A DNA stretch of 63,962 nt, counting the filler, from Octopus bimaculoides (lineage: Eukaryota): the NCBI RefSeq assembly GCF_001194135.2. It is 6 parts of 6 records of this genome, joined end to end, with 100 filler letters (N's around TTAATTAATTAA, not from the genome) between each part and the next. Parts side by side here need not be neighbours in the genome. Positions count along the whole stretch, not along the records: positions 1 to 19,625 come from NC_068994.1; positions 19,726 to 34,341 come from NC_068983.1; 4 more parts are not named here. The stretch is one strand, 5' to 3'. Shown piece by piece: positions 13,151 through 26,786 of this stretch. Under the pieces are notes generated by a model. The model made no database searches and was not told the DNA's origin. It saw only the letters and a list, made by a program, of their open reading frames with translations. Position numbers and translations under genes: made by a program. Each line of letters begins with the position of its first letter. The stretch's first letter is position 1.

Positions 13151-14244
13151 TGAAAACAGAAAAAAAAATTCCTATAATATCAGCTTCGTCATTATTGACA
13201 TTGTCATTTTAATGTCCATTTTTCTGTGCTTAAATGGGTTAGATGAAACTTATCAAAGTTGGTTTTCTACAGTCAGATGCTCCCTCTTGTCACCAACCCT
13301 CACCTGTTTCCAGGCAAGGTGATAGTTCTCCATGTTCAGACATGTTTTATATGGAAGACTGGAAATGAACACCATCCCCTGTATGATGATGATGATGATG
13401 ATGCTTGATTAAAAATATTGCTCAATGTTATACACACATACAGATATACATATATGACATACAGATGTGGCATTGGAGGAGGTCATCTGACACAAGATCA
13501 CCTCCTCCAATGCCCTCTCTCCCTTCTCAAAGATTCCTTGTCTTGCAAGTTACTTGGGGACCTGAAAGGGTCCCCAAGTAACCTGAAACTTAAAAAGTGT
13601 CCAGTCCTTGCTGTGAAGTGGTTGGTAAAGTCCATGCTGTAAAGTGGAAGGGCATCCAGCTGTAGAAACCATGCCAAAACCACACCTGCGCTGGTACTAC
13701 ATGTAAAGCACTCAGCCCACTCTGTGGGGTGGTCGGTATTAGGAAGGGCATCCAGCTGTAAAAACCATGCCAAAACAGATATAGAAGTCTGGTGCAGTTT
13801 TCTGCCTGACTAGTTCCTGTCAAATCGTTTTGCCTTCCATGCTGGCATGGAAGGCATGATGATGAATTGGCTTTCAGTTTTTGTCTAACAAATCCCCTCA
13901 CAAGGATTTGATTGATCCGAAACTATAGTAGAAGACTCTTGTACCGTGTCATGGGACTGAACTCAAAACCATGTGGCTGTGAACTGAACTTCTTAATCAC
14001 ACAACTATTTTAGGAATAGATTTTAAAAAAGCAGCATACAAATACATCAATAAGACGTCTTACTGTGTAAGAAGTATTTTCAATGCAGTAGAAACTATAA
14101 ACCTGAAGCATTACAATGCAAGCCTTGACGTAAGCTCTGTATACCACGCAGAGATGTATTTCATTGTGTCATGAAAGCACACTATAAAAATATGACTGGA
14201 AAGTAATAATGTTTTATAAGAAACTGTGGGCTATGGTTATTTAA

Positions 14245-14796
14245 TTCTTTAGCTTTCAGGTTACTCTGTCAAATGTAATGCCTATTTATTCACATTGCTT
14301 TGAACTAATCGTTCATTATCTCATAGCTTTGAGATTTCGATGATGTGATTGATTGCTTTTAGAATGACACTGTAGGGGAAGTGTGAGAGGTCAGATTTGG
14401 CTGGTTTGAATATAAAACAAGCAGAGTATGTGGGCTGGATGTGGCCAGTTTAAATATTTATTATGTATGCACCCTTTTTCAAGCCTAGCAAGGCTCATGG
14501 GCCCGGTTTCCTGGTTTCTATGGGGTATGTGTTCCCCCCAGCTGGACGGGTTGCCAGTCCATCGCAGCATTACTCAAGAAACAGAAAGAAAGAGTGAGAG
14601 AAAGTCGGGGCGAAAGAGTACAACAGGGGTCGCCACCATCTCCCGCCGGAGCCTCGTGGAGCTTTAGGTGTTTTCGTTCAATAAGCACACACAATGCCCA
14701 GTCTGGGAATCGAAACCGCGATCCTCCGACTGCAAGTCCGCTGCCCTAACCACTGGGCCATTACCCCTCCACATGCCCAGTTTAAATGCTAAAGGG
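14245..14796. mobile_element. Older piggyBac-type MITE interrupted by a SINE
   Basis: Left end TTAA|ttctttagctttc (degenerate) and right end aatgctaaaggg|TTTA, consistent with CCCTTTAGCATT TIRs. Confidence 0.65.
14457..14771 (-). mobile_element. tRNA-derived SINE, head A + tail Y, inserted into a piggyBac-type MITE
   Basis: Head matches 10895-11279; tail matches 17817-18070. Flanked by the direct repeat CCAGTTTAAAT at 14445-14455 and 14777-14787. Confidence 0.85.
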
Positions 14797-15690
14797 TTTA
14801 TAGTTGTTGGTTGGTGGGAGCAAGCAGTTCTTTATTTGGTTCTTTTAATAACAATAATATAAACTTTCTGCTTCCAGCACATCCAAGCTACCACATATCT
14901 TGTTAGTGATATTTTGGCATTTGTTGTTGTCGGTTTTCAAATTTTTGACTGTTTCAACAAGCATGTAGATATGTGTTTACTTGTATTAAAACCAAATATC
15001 GACTCCACCCAAAAATAGGAAGAAAGGCAAAATAATCCTTGGATAGTTACTCATTCTCTTAAATATAATATCTCGTTTTCTCCATTGTTAAACTCTTCTC
15101 TGAAATATAATATCAAGTTTTATCTATTGTTAAACTTTGTACTCTTTTTGTAAGTTGTTGAGAACTAGATTTGTTAAACTAGGATGTTAAGACAATCTGT
15201 TTTTGTTCATGGAACACTATCAGAAGTCTTATTTATGTTCATCATGATCATCATCATATAATGTCCATTTTCTGTGTGGCATGGATTTGACGGTTTGACA
15301 GGAGCTGGCAAGCCGGAGAGCTGCACCAGACTCAATTGTCTGTTCTGGCATAGTTTCTATGGCTGGATGCCCTTCCTAACTCCAACTGCTTTACAGTATG
15401 CCAGGTACTTTTACATGGCACATTCTCTATAAGATGGCTTCTTCTAGGATTATTAATATTATATTCAATGCAGAGTAGTGGATTGGCAGAATCATTACAG
15501 CATTGTAGTCATCTTTTACTTGTTTCAACCAATGGACGGACTGTGGCCATGCTGGAGCACCACCACCTGCTTTGAAGAATTTAGGGAAACAAATTGATCC
15601 TAGTGCATAGTTTTTTTTTAAAGTCTGGTACTAATTCTATTGGTCACACAAACCCACACACAGACATTTAAACGTGTGTTTGTGTGTGTA

Positions 15691-16072
15691 CATGGCTGTG
15701 TGGTAAGAAGCTTGCTTCCTAACCACATGGTTCCAGGATCAGTCTCACTGTGTGGCACCTTGGGCAAGTGTCTGCAATTGTAGCCTCAGGCTTCCCAAAG
15801 CCTTGTGCGTAGATCTGATAAACAGAAACTGAAAGAAGCCCATTGTATGTATATATATATATGTGTGTGTGTGTGTCTGTCCCCCACCACCACTTGACAA
15901 CTGGTGTTGGTTTGTTTACATCTCTAACTTAGCAGTTTGGCAAAAAGTAACAGATAGAATAAGTACTAGGCTTTAAAAAAAAGAATAAGTCCTGGGGTCG
16001 ATTTGCTCGACTAAAGGCGGTGCTCCAGCATGGCCACAGTCAAATGACTGAAACAAGTAAAGAGTAAAAGAG
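15691..16072 (+). mobile_element. Bipartite SINE (head C, microsatellite, tail Z)
   Basis: Collinear with 10255-10640. An inverted head-C copy follows directly at 16083-16190. Confidence 0.85.
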
Positions 16073-16620
16073 TATATATATGTGACAGGTTTCTTTCAGT
16101 TTCCATCTACCAAATCTACTTACAACGCTTTGGTCAGCCTGAGACAATAGTAGAAGGGACTTGCCCAAGGTACCATGCAGTGAGACTGTAATAATCCCCT
16201 GCCACACCTCACAGATGGGGGATGTGTAGTTCATTCCCAAGACAGAGCAAACTCATGATCAAAAGTATTCCAGTTATAGAAACCCTGTCTTTATCCTATA
16301 TAACATGCTCCTCCGTCTTCCCCTTTCAGGTGGTAGCATTCTTTTAGCAGGTCAAGTTATCATATGGAAGCCCCCCCCCCCCTGTCTAGCTCTTAAAGAG
16401 TTTGTTAAAAACCATTGCAGCTTATGGTTTTCTTTTTTGTTACATAACATTCTATTTGTTCAATCAATATTTCCAGTTCTGTTCTTTCAACTGGAAGATA
16501 ATAATTTGTGACCTTCAACATCTGTTATTTCTCAGATCTCACTTCAAATAATGTCCTATTCTCTACCCACTCCTCCAGCTGGCATCACAAAAGATAAATG
16601 ATTAAAGACCTTTCCCTTAA

Positions 16621-16841
16621 CCCTTTCGTTACTGTATTTATTTTGAGATGCTCTGTGTTTCTTTTAATTATTTTAAATATAACAAAGAATTTAGTAAAAT
16701 AACTTAGTTATCATTTAGCTAATGTTTGGAACCTAAATTTTGACTAAAGTTTGGTGGAAGATTTTAATTCAAAACTTATGAAAACTAGACATTTGTACTA
16801 CAGAGCCAGAACCGTTTTCAGCCGGGTTAGTAACGAAAGGG
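16621..16841. mobile_element. piggyBac-type MITE, 221 bp
   Basis: Perfect 13-bp TIRs CCCTTTCGTTACT / AGTAACGAAAGGG, with TTAA on both sides (16617-16620 and 16842-16845). Confidence 0.9.
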
Positions 16842-17816
16842 TTAAATAACTTATACTCTAATATTCAAAATCGAATCATCTGCTATAGAATTCTTGTAAC
16901 AAAGAACAAAATATATTTTAAAACAGAAGGAGAATTGGAAAGGTGTGAAATACTCTTGTAGTTCTAAAGAGCTTTAATGTTTTCTTTATTGGCCACGAGG
17001 GCAATAACAAAAAAAAAAAATAGTGGCCAGCAAGTCTCCACAGGGAATCCAGCCCTGCCCCTCTCAAATGCTGACTGAGTGCTCTGAACCATTAAGCTAA
17101 GAGATATATTGTTTGATAGTGCAAACAAGACTTAAGCAAGATTTATACAGGAAAGTAGACTGCATAGATATAATCATAGGATGTTTAAAGAAAAATGATA
17201 GCTGGGTGGAAAAGTGTCAAATGATACAAGTGGAAAGAGCCTGTGGAAAAGGAAGACCAAAAAGACATGGGAAGAAGTGGTGAGGTATGATTGCTACATG
17301 AAATCTTAATCATCATCATCACCGTCCTCATTTGTTCCATGCTGGTGGGGGTTGAATGGTTTGAAAGGACCTGATAGTTCCCAGGACTACATCATGCTCC
17401 AATGACTGCTTGGCATGTTTTTCAACAGCTGGATGCCCTTCCTAATTCCAACAACTTTATAGCATAGTATCAGTGTTAATTAGGTCAAAACATGGTTTTT
17501 TTTTCCATGGCATCAGCACTAGGTATGTCATCACATCACTAACAAAACTATGATCCCCTATGACTGAGTGAGGCTACAGTAGAAAGGAGGCAGCTTAAAG
17601 GATGAAATTATTAAACAGGTGAAATTAACTTTAATTACACAATACATAGGCCTATTAACCATTGATTTAGTTGAAAAGCAATAGTGCAAAGCAGGATAAA
17701 AGATGCTATATCTAAGATGAAGGTCTAGGCAATGGCTCTTCTTTGCACAGTGGTTGCTTTATGAAGACAGCATCAAATGTTGCTTGTGTTCTTTTGCGTG
17801 TTCTCTCATGAATCAT

Positions 17817-18070
17817 AGTGGAGGCACGTGGCTTAGTGGTTAGGGTGTCAGCATCATGATCGTAAGATTGTGGTTTCAATTCCTGGACCGGGTGACTCGT
17901 TGTTTTCTTGAGCAAAACACTTCATTTCACGTTGCTCCAGTGAACTCAGCTGGCAAAAATGAGTAACGCTGCGATGGACTGGCGTCCCGTCCAGCTGGGA
18001 AACAGATACGCCACTGAAACCGGGCCCATAAACCTGGCTAGGCTTTAAAAGGGCGCATTTATTATTTATT
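17817..18070 (+). mobile_element. tRNA-derived SINE, head B + tail Y
   Basis: gaggcacgtggcttagtggttagggtg...ggtttcaattcctgg head, central cttgagcaaaacacttcatttcacgttgctccag domain, and gcgatggactggcgtcccgtccagctgg...ggcgcatttatt tail. Confidence 0.85.
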
Positions 18071-18392
18071 TTATATATACCATCATTGTTTAACGTCCGC
18101 CTTCCATGCTAGCGTGGGTTGGATGATTTGACTGAGGACTGGCGAACCAGATGGCTACACCAGGCTCCAATCTGATCTGGCAGAGTTTCTACAGCTGGAG
18201 GTAACATCCAAGGATCCAGGTGTAGGAAATTATTACGCTTCAAGTAATCCATAGAAGATATATAAAAAAAAAACAACTTTCAGGAACAATAGTGGTTTAT
18301 TGATGCAGAAGGTTGTAAATGTTTCCCATACTGAAGTTCATTCAGCTGAAATAAGTTATTTTATAGTTCAAAGTTACTGTGTACACAAATAA

Positions 18393-18523
18393 AAATCCAG
18401 GCTACATATATTTCCTAGCTAGCAGAACCTTGGAAGTAATAATTACTCAAACAAGTACCCCCTCATTGAGTAATTACTATTTCTGAGGTCCAACTAGCTA
18501 GGAAGCGTATGTAGCCTGGATTT
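18393..18523. repeat. Long hairpin inside an unclassified repeat (about 18205-18545), related to about 41600-41920
   Basis: 30-bp outer arms with 27/30 match, plus an 11-bp inner stem TAATTACTCAA/TTGAGTAATTA. Shares aactttcaggaacaat.gtgg.ttattga and aaatcc.ggctacatac with the 41600-41920 copy. Confidence 0.78.
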
Positions 18524-18570
18524 TACCTACTCAATTCCTTAAATTTGGATTTATATATATATATATATAT

Positions 18571-18608
<38 letters not shown>

Positions 18609-18620
18609 TGGATATACATG

Positions 18621-18660
<40 letters not shown>

Positions 18661-19625
18661 CTCTCCAAGTCTCTTTTTTTTTTTTTCTCTCCATTCTTTT
18701 CCAGCAAAACGCTTCTCCTTTTCTCTGTATTATTCGTTTCACCTCTCATCGACTGGCACAAAGCCATCTCCTTCAACACTATTTTTCTTCCTTGTCAAGA
18801 GGTCTTTGTCTTGCAAGTTATTTGGTGATCCTGCCAAAGCTGGTGTCCCACCAAAAAGAAAAAAAAAAAGAAAAAATGGCATCTGGTACACTTCGTAAAG
18901 TGGTTGGTGTTAGGAAGGTCATTCAGCCGTAGAAAACACGAGAAAGTAGATGATTAGAGCTTGGCACAGTCCTGTAGTTTGCCAGCTCTTGTTAAACTGT
19001 CCAACCCATGCCAATATGAAAAGCGGACGGTAAATAATCATGTATGTATGTATGTATGTATGTATGTGTGTGTGTGTATATATAAAAATATGTGTGTGTG
19101 TGTTATGTATGTATACAAACACACACACATATATATGCATGCATTTATTTATGTTAAGGTTTTTAAATAACATCGGCAAAACAGTAACTGATGAAAGAAT
19201 TAAACAACGGTATTAGAATGAATGAATAAACATACACATACGCGCGAGTTGACCATGACCTCTGGTTTCGTCTATCTGGGCTTATCGAAGCAATCTGCTT
19301 GAATAGACCTCGATAAGCGCAACTGATGTCACAATCAATCCCCAAGTACATAACACTTATATATAACATTTATATATAACATAAGTTTGTATGTATGCAA
19401 GTAGAAAGAACGTGGTTCTTTTCCCGTTACAGGATCTGATCTTATGCCGTACATTTAAATCTCTCTCTCCCTATATATATATATGTATATATATATATAT
19501 ACACACAGCGAGTGAATGATGAAACTTGATTAAGTGTTGAAATGACAAGCATTAGATGACGTGTGCCTATGTAGTGTATACGTATGTATGTATATACATA
19601 TATATGTGTGTGTGTGTGTGTGTGT

Positions 19626-19725
19626 NNNNNNNNNNNNNNNNNNNNNNNNNNNNNNNNNNNNNNNNNNNNTTAATTAATTAANNNNNNNNNNNNNNNNNNN
19701 NNNNNNNNNNNNNNNNNNNNNNNNN
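19626..19725. other. Assembly spacer N44-TTAATTAATTAA-N44 (not biological)
   Basis: Identical 100-bp constructs at 19626-19725, 34342-34441, 40228-40327, 58354-58453 and 62470-62569. Confidence 0.93.
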
Positions 19726-20522
19726 ATATATATATATATATATATATATTAATACGTGTGTGTGTGTGCGTGTGTGTGTGTGTGTGCGTGTGTGTGTGTG
19801 TACACCTCTTCTTCCCATATGTGTGTGTGTGAATAAGGTGGGTATCCTCCACCGATTCATACCCGGTGCTGGTTTGCTTATAACTCCATATATCGCAATT
19901 TGGTTATATGTAACATTTAGAATAAACAATGGGCTTAAAGCACCAAGTAAAGTCGAATTACCGACTAACAATACAACACTTCTTAGTGAGCAATGGTCTA
20001 AATATGTTATGGTGAAACAATGGTTAAATTAAATTTTGCTTATAAGGAGGAATTCTTGGAAGTTTTCCAAATTATGTAAAATTGGTTTTAATTTTTGAGC
20101 TATACGGCTGTTATTTCTAGCATGTTGATTAACGTGATAGAAGAGTCCACGTGGTCTTGAATGCCTCCCTTGTTGGTTCCCAATTAATCACGTCCTTCGA
20201 ATATGCAAATTCTGATTTAACAAAACGCAATCTGCAAAGCTGTCATGTATGCAGTAAAAAAGGTTAATGAAAACCAATGTCCTTGTCTCTTTTCTATCAT
20301 ATTTTCACCTGAAGGAAAACAGTTCTAATTCCGAAAATTACATTTAGGTTCACATATAGGATTGAATCTATCTGAGATGAAGGCTAAGTTTTACATTTGA
20401 AGAGAGCGCTAAAGTTTCTAATATTTCAGTCCTAAACCACGGATGGTTTAGCCAATAAGTTATAGGGAATCCGACCGAGTATTGTTTGGCTCATAGGTAT
20501 ATGTATGTGAGGCACAGAGAGA

Positions 20523-20585
<63 letters not shown>

Positions 20586-22207
20586 GGCTAAGACATTTCA
20601 CAAGTGTATGCGGTGACCATGTTATTAAGTTTACTTTAAAATATGTTTCAAACTATATTTGAATATCAATTTAAGGTCTCTATTTTGGGTCAGTACATAA
20701 TCATGAGTGACATTACTTTACCAACAGCTTAAGAGGAATTACATGGAAGTTAATGGCCCATCCCAAGGTCCCCGTTAAGTAAAAAAAGAGGCAGACATTA
20801 AGTACTAATTAATAAAATTCCTGTATATATAACAAAAAAAAAACGGGATGCTACATTTTCCTTTCTCAGTCGAGATCTCCAGGAATATACGTTGACCAGT
20901 GATTCCCTGTTAAAAACCTGTTGAAGTCAATGACAAGCAATTATCTAAGCTGCAGTTAATTTATCTAAGAAGAACAGGCGTTGTACAAAGTATGAACTGT
21001 ATGTTAGAAAGCCGATCTGTACTGAAATCCTCGGTGAAACTTTTATACAAGGCAGCAAGTGATTATTTTATGTGTTACCTCTTACCATGGGCTGAACTTT
21101 CAGATAACGTACAGGATGATAAAACTTTATTTAATTTTTACACTTCATTCGAGAAAGCTACTTTCTTTCACCAGCGAAAAAACAAAATCTTTTCTTTCAA
21201 ACACAAAATAAAATTATGCTCTAGGAAACCGAAGAGTAAGGACTGACCAGTTAAACAACAAACAGTATTCTTTCCAAATTGATAGAGAAAATCATTTTCT
21301 GTGAAAGAGTTTGCTACGTATAAATAATATTTTTCACATTTTTTCACATATTTAATATCATTTTATGAATTATGTATTTGTTATTTTCAATTAAAAATTA
21401 AATATTCTAAGCCAGCTATATAACTTTTAATCATGTTCGTCATAAATAATTAGTATTTAGGCATTAAACAACGCTACACACAACAGAAAACAATATCTTT
21501 GATAAAACGAAATGGTTTCTAGCCATATTTAATGCTTTTCTAATGTATTTTAAATTTTATGCTTTTTATTCGTTTCTAATTTGTTCTTATAGCATAGACT
21601 TCCAAATTGAAGATGACTATAGTGTCTATGATGATAACGACAATGAATATCTTGATGATGATGAAGATGATGGTGGTGGTGGTGGTGGTGATCATCATCA
21701 TTATCATGTTGAAAATGACGAAGACGATGGTTGCTGTCGACGTCAGCGTCATCATTACTCTCATTATCTTCACCACTTATGCCTTCAGCATCACCACACC
21801 TGGAACCACCAGAATAACCATCACTGCTCTCCATCATCAACGTCATAATCATTTCCACCATAGTTCCCATTAGTTTAAAATCATTACTTTTCCCCCTCGG
21901 TGGCTGTTACTTGAAAATTGTAAATTATGAGTAATTAGGTGCTTCAGCTGAAAATTTCACTTCTGCTAATTGTATAGTTTATCCTATTGGATAAACAATT
22001 TATATCGGTTTATGCTCATACTAGTGATGAGTATTGTTTCGTCTATGCTTCTAGTGGTGGTTTTACATTATAATCTTTATATGAAATGCCGACATCCACT
22101 GCAGTCGATTAATATTCTAAAATTGTCTGTATCTTTCTATTATGATCCACAATACCTTCACCACCAATATAATCCTCTTAAATTTCATCGTATTCCATTT
22201 TAATAAT

Positions 22208-22209
22208 GA

Positions 22210-22280
<71 letters not shown>

Positions 22281-22303
22281 CGATGATGATGATGATGATG
22301 ATA

Positions 22304-22373
<70 letters not shown>

Positions 22374-22396
22374 CGATGACGATGATGATGATGATA

Positions 22397-22447
<51 letters not shown>
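22208..22447 (+). repeat. (ATG/GAT)n trinucleotide microsatellite, about 240 bp
   Basis: Read directly from sequence. Mosaic trinucleotide arrays also at about 21610-21850, 23755-23885, 40328-40600, 45050-45700, 53025-53230, 56420-56670, 58945-59200 and 60560-60735. Confidence 0.97.
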
Positions 22448-22448
<1 letters not shown>

Positions 22449-24179
22449 GGGGGGGGGAGGAGGAGGAGGAAGTTGATGATGAAGACGTAATGATAATAAT
22501 AATGATGAAATATTAATAATATTCGTGCTGGGCTGAGTTGGAATTTCTCGTGTACAGAAAGCTAACGAGCTCCTTTAGCTGATAATAGAGCTAGATCTTG
22601 CAATACATTTGGTGTAAGCAGCACATCTAAAATTGGAATCTTAAAATACGAAATAATAATGAACAGCTAAAATCAAAGATATGAATAGAAATATGAATAG
22701 GTTAACTACAAAATTCTATAACCAAATGATATAACCAGATCAATCTGTAGATGGAAGAAAATAAAGAATTATTTTAAAAAAAGACGCATCCTCTAGTATA
22801 CATCGTAACTCTCTCCTCAAATTAAACTTACCAACAAAATGGCATCAGAAATAAAGCACGCACACATCGGGTCATTACAGACTTTATAATCATAATCAAA
22901 AACCACTATCTCCTATCTAAACAAAATAAATGCAATATCATCTGTAGAGTGATTGTTCCAAACTCTCTCGCGAAACAGTATGGAGAAAGCAAATAGATAG
23001 TAATAGAAAATAACGTAGAAATTATATCACATATTAAGGAAAACAATACGGGAAATGGAACACCTATGAAACAATCAAGAGATATTTACTGCCGAGATCT
23101 AACAGCAGAAAAGAATTTGCAATCAAATTGCTTTAGAAACCGAAGTTACACTGTAAAGCACAAAAGAATCAGTGTGTGCGAAAATTGTCAACGATGTCTT
23201 TCAGAAAACAAACAGTTCGATGTTAAATCTACGGGTTTTATTCAGCTACTGGCTAAATATGTAATAAAAATCAATGCAGTAAAACTAGCAGGAGATATAG
23301 AGGAATTCCGATCGCCAGACTTGACAGAAGAGGAAACTCCATAAATGTCAATGTTCAACACAACTGACGCTGTAATTATAGAAGTTCCATGTAGAGTTTG
23401 TAGTAATGTTTCTTGTGAAAAGCAGTGCGGATAGGGTAGCAATACGGAATTGTAAATATTTTAGCGTGTTTCATATCTGATAATGATTGGTGAAAGCTTA
23501 ATAATCTTTCTAGGAACAACCTTTTGAAGACCATACAGTATTTCGTAAAACGGATACTCACGAAAGAACGGGAGGATACCAGGATATATAACATACAGAA
23601 AGTTGCACTACTTGGCACTGTACACATCCTACGCAAAACACTTTCAATACAGTAACCATAAGAGCATCACAGCAAGCCACAGCACATGCCCAAGGCACAC
23701 AGAGCTGCGCTCGGTAGTGAAGTGAAAACACGTTATAAAAATAAAACTACTGAACAATAATAATAATAATAATGGTGATGATGATGATGTGGAAGGACGA
23801 AGAAGTGGTGGAGGTGGATGAGGACAAGGACGAGGACGACGACGATGACGACGATAACGGCGACGAGGAAGAGTAGGAGGAGGAGGGAATGCTAAATCAT
23901 ATGCTATTTGCGCATGACTTAAAGAATTTCACGAAGAGTAGACTTGAATTAAATGGTCTGGTTTTAACAGCGCAGATATTCAGTACGTGTACTGGAATGA
24001 AATTTTGGATTGAACGGTTGGTATTCTTATCATAAAAAAGATATAGTAGTGTCCACATTGTGAAGTAGACAAGGGACAAGCTGGAAAAAATGCATGTGAA
24101 AACTAAAAAATGATGACAATGAACAAATCGATAGAATGTATATGACTAGGTACAAGGGAGGAAGATATCTAATAGGATG

Positions 24180-24870
24180 CAAGTTTTGTGTTGTCAATGA
24201 GGAAAACTGTCTGGAATGCTACGTCAAGCAGCAGACTAAACTTTGTTTGCCGCTGTTAGAAAAATCGACCTGGTGAAAATGTGACACACCGAAAAGCATG
24301 TAAGAGACAAGACGGAGAACAAAGATGAAACAACTGGAAATTGAAAATGATTCACGGGAAATACCTCAGAGACATGTAAAAGAAGAAAAGACAAACACCT
24401 GGAGGCAGGGTAAGGAAATGATGACCTGAAGCATTGCTATCGATCGTCCAGGAACAAGCGCTAAGAACTAATTACATCAAGTTCTTAGTAGATAAGAGAA
24501 GTGAATCACCTCTTTGCAAGATGTCTGATAGCAAATACGAAGCATTCTCATAGATTGTGAGTATAAGAAACTAGCTCAAAAAGAATACAAAAGGAGATTG
24601 CGTGAGAATTGCAGTCTTGAAAGCACACAAAAATGGTACAAGTACAAACAGAAGCCGTCAACGAGAATAGTGAGTATAAAACCTTAAGGGATTTTACAAT
24701 CCAGTGTAACTCAGTGACTGAGGCTTTGATACTAGACATTATTGTAGTGGATAGAAGGAAGTCCTGACCCTGGAGATGCACAAGTGGGTGACAAAAAGCT
24801 GGAAAAGATTGAAAAGTACAAGCTACTAAAAGATGAAATTGCACGAATGAAAATAATTAAACTTGGACAG
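24180..24870 (+). mobile_element. Degraded R4/Dong-like (RLE-type) non-LTR retrotransposon C-terminus
   Basis: Fragmented peptides QEQALRTNYIK..DKRSESPLCKM, KKLAQKEYKRR, KWYKYK, DFTIQCNSVTEA..LDIIVVDR (CCHC finger and restriction-like endonuclease region). Confidence 0.75.
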
Positions 24871-24899
24871 GCTATAAAGCTCAAGTAGACAAAATGCAT

Positions 24900-25250
24900 G
24901 CATGGATGAAAGAACAGCTGTGACGAATTATGAATATCACTCTCCTTGACAAGATCAGGAACGAGGAGATCCTACGGCGTGATTGTCTGCCTCCTATGAT
25001 GGAAATCTTCATTGATAGAAATTTACATTAATTGGGTGACGTAAACTGGATGAACAACAATAGACTCTCCAGACAAATTTTCTTCTCTCAAGTATCCAAT
25101 AGGAAAACAAATCATGGAAAAAACCTAGACTGCGATTCAAAGATATGCAAAAAGGAGTATGAAGTGGAAAGGAATTGATCATAATGAATGGCAAATTCAA
25201 GCGAAAAACCAACCAAAATGGAGGAAGATTATCAAGTCGTGCCATAACCA
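24900..25250 (+). mobile_element. RTE-like LINE ORF2 3' fragment, a different family from 304-1193
   Basis: DKIRNEEILRR..LPPMMEI...MNNNRL.RQIF.SQ...PRLRFKD...WKGIDHNEWQ..AKNQPKWR, assembled across frames. Confidence 0.7.
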
Positions 25251-26786
25251 TCAATATTCGTAGTCACGATGAATAACTGCAGATAATAATAGGCAATTTT
25301 TTTTTAAACAGTTCGTGTTGTGGAATTTAATTAATGGTTAAAACATTACGGTATTTTATATATCTTCCAAAGAAAATGATAGCACAATAGGCATTGTCCG
25401 GTAATGCTGTTTGTGTGAAAGTGGTAATATTTTCAGTCTAAGTGATGAAAATAGATAACAGTATAGAATTAGAACAAATTAACTTGAAGACTGATGGTTA
25501 TTGTCACAAAACGAGAAATGATGATTTTAGTTTCGCCTTCTCAAATGACCGACGACTATGCTTATAATGATAACATGATTATTACTCTGAAATGTTTATA
25601 TTCACTTCATGGTTGAAACTACATTTATGTAATTACTTACTCACAATTCAAACCGTACTCTCTGTGAAATAAGGAAACTTACTATGATTTCAATTTTACT
25701 ACATCAAATGCTCTGTGACATTCAGAAAGAGATGTTTGAGTGTAATGTAATTTAAGTAGTACAAATTAACTCTTGCGTTCACGTTTTTACTATCAGCACA
25801 CTACATTTCTATTATTTTTAGGTGCCCTCGTTCGGAGCATAATCAAGCACATTTATCCACACACCAACAGATGAGAAAGGAAATAGAATAGAAGGATTAT
25901 TTAGTTAAGTTACCGCAAACCTTAATACTTCCAAATGATAAAATTTGAAACCCTTGTGTAAATACAATATGTTTCGTATCTCGTGTATTCCATATTGTCG
26001 GTCATTTCGAAGTTAGTATTTGGAATATTGGAAATTCTTTCATTGGGTACTGATATACTATACTGAACTATGAAGTGCTCTTCTTAACCAGGGTTATAAT
26101 TAAAACTGTATACACTGCCTCATTAGTTATTAGCGTTCTTCTTGCCTGGAAATATATATTAATTTCACACATGTATGTGAAGCCCATTGTCACAGAACAC
26201 ATTTTCCAGCTACTTTCGTTTTACATTACCTTCTTCCAGAGATCGAACCCATTCCTGTCGTCTTTTGTTTTAAGTTATTTCTATGTTCTAGGATAGTGTA
26301 CATTAACATGCACTGTTTTAAACATTTTTTATTTCTTTCCTCTTTCGGAAGAAAATTTATACTATTCTAGCGATGAGTTTTATCGTCACCACTTACTTGT
26401 CAATAGATGTTGTGTTCATGCAAGATGGTGCAAGTTCATTCTTCAAATTGTATAGTTCTCATATATAATTAGCTTCATGTACACTGATGCACTATGTATG
26501 ATGTAGATTAAAGTGCTCAGGTACAAAACACATACTTAAATTCATATATCTCAATTAGCGCTAACGTGTTCATATATAACAATCCTACCAAACCATTACC
26601 GCAAACAATGTGCTGGAGCAAGGAAAAGATTACAAGCGTATGTGAAGCAAGATCCATTGCTAAACTTCATATTGCCCACACTCATTCAGTTAGCTAATGT
26701 ACTTACATCCGCCTCCTAACATTGCCTTTTTATCTTCTTTATATTTTTAATATCCTTAGTTGTTTCCTCACCTAACTGCATAGGTA

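Noticed and set aside
16941-16950. Perfect T-box half-site AGGTGTGAAA
   Set aside because: A single 10-mer in 64 kb, about 45 kb from the exon, is compatible with chance.
23066-23450. 92-aa ORF and nearby Cys-containing peptides
   Set aside because: No recognisable domain; may be decayed transposon sequence.
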